A stretch of 47,848 nt of DNA from a virus (lineage: Duplodnaviria > Caudoviricetes), in the IMG/VR virus record IMGVR_UViG_3300025674_007358, positions 1-47,848 of that record, one strand, 5' to 3'. A program made the position numbers and the translations under genes. Numbering within the stretch: position 1 is the stretch's first letter; each line of letters opens with the position of its first letter. Of this stretch, positions 46,883-47,848 are shown one piece after another. The notes beneath the pieces were generated by a model. It saw only the letters and a program-made list of their open reading frames with translations. It was not told where the DNA came from and made no database searches.

Positions 46883-47549
46883 GAAAAATCACTATTTCAC
46901 ACAAGATCACGAAGATGCAATAATAAGATATTGTCAGACGAAGTGTATCCGTGAAAGAACCGAACTTTATGTAAAATGGATCGAACCAGCCTTTGATGAA
47001 ATGGTTGACAAGATTGTATTCACATACAAGTTCACAAATTTACCAAACATCGATTACCTCAGAGACGAGTGTAAGGTTTGGTTAATGACGATCTTAGATA
47101 AGTACGACCCAGCAAAAGGCTCAAAGGCATTCTCTTATTTTTCCGTTATTACAAAGAACTGGTTTATTCACAAAGTCAAAAAGCAACAACGCAAAAACAA
47201 AACAGAAGTTAACTTTGATAATCTAGCCAAAAACTACGAAGAGCAGTATCTCTCCACAGATGAGTCATATGTTACCGAGCGAGAGGAAGACGAGTTCTGG
47301 AAACTGTTCTATAAGGAACTAAAATCTTGGGACACATCCCAAATGAAAGAAAATGACTTGAAGGTTTATCAAGCCATTTGCGTTCTGTTTGACTCAAAAG
47401 AAGATATCCAAATTTTTAACAAAAAAGCTATTTACTTATATCTGAGAGAACTGACTGGTTTGAATACAAAACAAATAGTTAACTCTCTTAAGAAATTTAA
47501 AAAGAAATATTATTACTTCACGCAAAGTTGGAATAGCGGTGTCTTATGA
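46824..47549 (+). CDS. phage sigma factor (gp55-like, sigma region 2)
   Basis: HYFT..E.AI..Y; YKFT; KYDPAKGSKAFSYFSVITKNWFI. Confidence 0.7.
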   Translation: MPQTKQTTQQTPTPKKKRRKKNHYFTQDHEDAIIRYCQTKCIRERTELYVKWIEPAFDEMVDKIVFTYKFTNLPNIDYLRDECKVWLMTILDKYDPAKGSKAFSYFSVITKNWFIHKVKKQQRKNKTEVNFDNLAKNYEEQYLSTDESYVTEREEDEFWKLFYKELKSWDTSQMKENDLKVYQAICVLFDSKEDIQIFNKKAIYLYLRELTGLNTKQIVNSLKKFKKKYYYFTQSWNSGVL

Positions 47550-47845
47550 GTAAAAACGATCTGGAATCATTGATAGCAGAAGCACTGGGAAACATCCGAG
47601 ATGACCGAAAGTCAGCAAGAGAGTTCCTCAATGAGATAGCGAACTGTATCGCTACATCACCAGATCAAAACAAATACCTCAGCCCTGTAGCAGCAAAGCA
47701 TATAGAAACTCTACAACGCTCAAACGAACAACTTGTAAAAATTATTTCTATACAAAAGAAAGATCAGGAAACGTCATTTGAGTTAACAGATGAAGATAAA
47801 GATAATTTGTTTAACCTGATACAGGGAGAGACCGCTGATGGCTAA
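47546..47845 (+). CDS. hypothetical helical protein
   Basis: ATGA overlap with the sigma gene. Confidence 0.7.
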   Translation: MSKNDLESLIAEALGNIRDDRKSAREFLNEIANCIATSPDQNKYLSPVAAKHIETLQRSNEQLVKIISIQKKDQETSFELTDEDKDNLFNLIQGETADG

Positions 47846-47848
47846 AGA

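Overview
Fragment of a large tailed-phage genome, probably marine. The host is inferred to be Myxococcota or a related deltaproteobacterial lineage. Evidence for a phage: nearly all genes on the + strand, tightly packed, Shine-Dalgarno sites, sigma70-type promoters, a tmRNA, PIN-PhoH and a gp55-like sigma factor; no capsid, terminase or polymerase genes are recognisable in this window. Layout: (1) 1-4.2 kb: small hypotheticals, many SH3/KOW-like, structured non-coding stretches and a GGGGTACCCC/C-tract site. (2) 4.2-18.9 kb: envelope-directed genes (VWA lipoprotein, trypsin-like protease, CglF/GltF-like gliding protein, TlpA redoxin) mixed with proteins sharing a W(R/K)x(F/Y)xxE or L(R/K)xII(R/L)EE leader, inferred to be virion-internal. 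(3) 18.9-20.1 kb: tmRNA overlapping the upstream stop codon, then an HNH-type endonuclease bracketed by a 13-bp duplication of the tmRNA 3' end. (4) 20-27 kb: PMM, cytidylyltransferase, HNH, a predicted triple-pseudoknot RNA, PhoH, zincin, PD-(D/E)xK nuclease. (5) 27.4-45.9 kb: an ~18.5-kb glycan-biosynthesis island (glycosyltransferases, TPP E1 alpha/beta, RfbH, RmlB, GT29-like and Maf-like transferases, NeuA-cupin, SDR, sugar-phosphate cyclase, class-III aminotransferase, GmhA-like, Fcl, Gmd). (6) 46-47.8 kb: small genes and the sigma factor. A recurrent (C/A)TANTTA motif 4-5 nt before SD-less start codons suggests leaderless late transcripts. All family assignments come from motifs recognised by eye; no searches were run.
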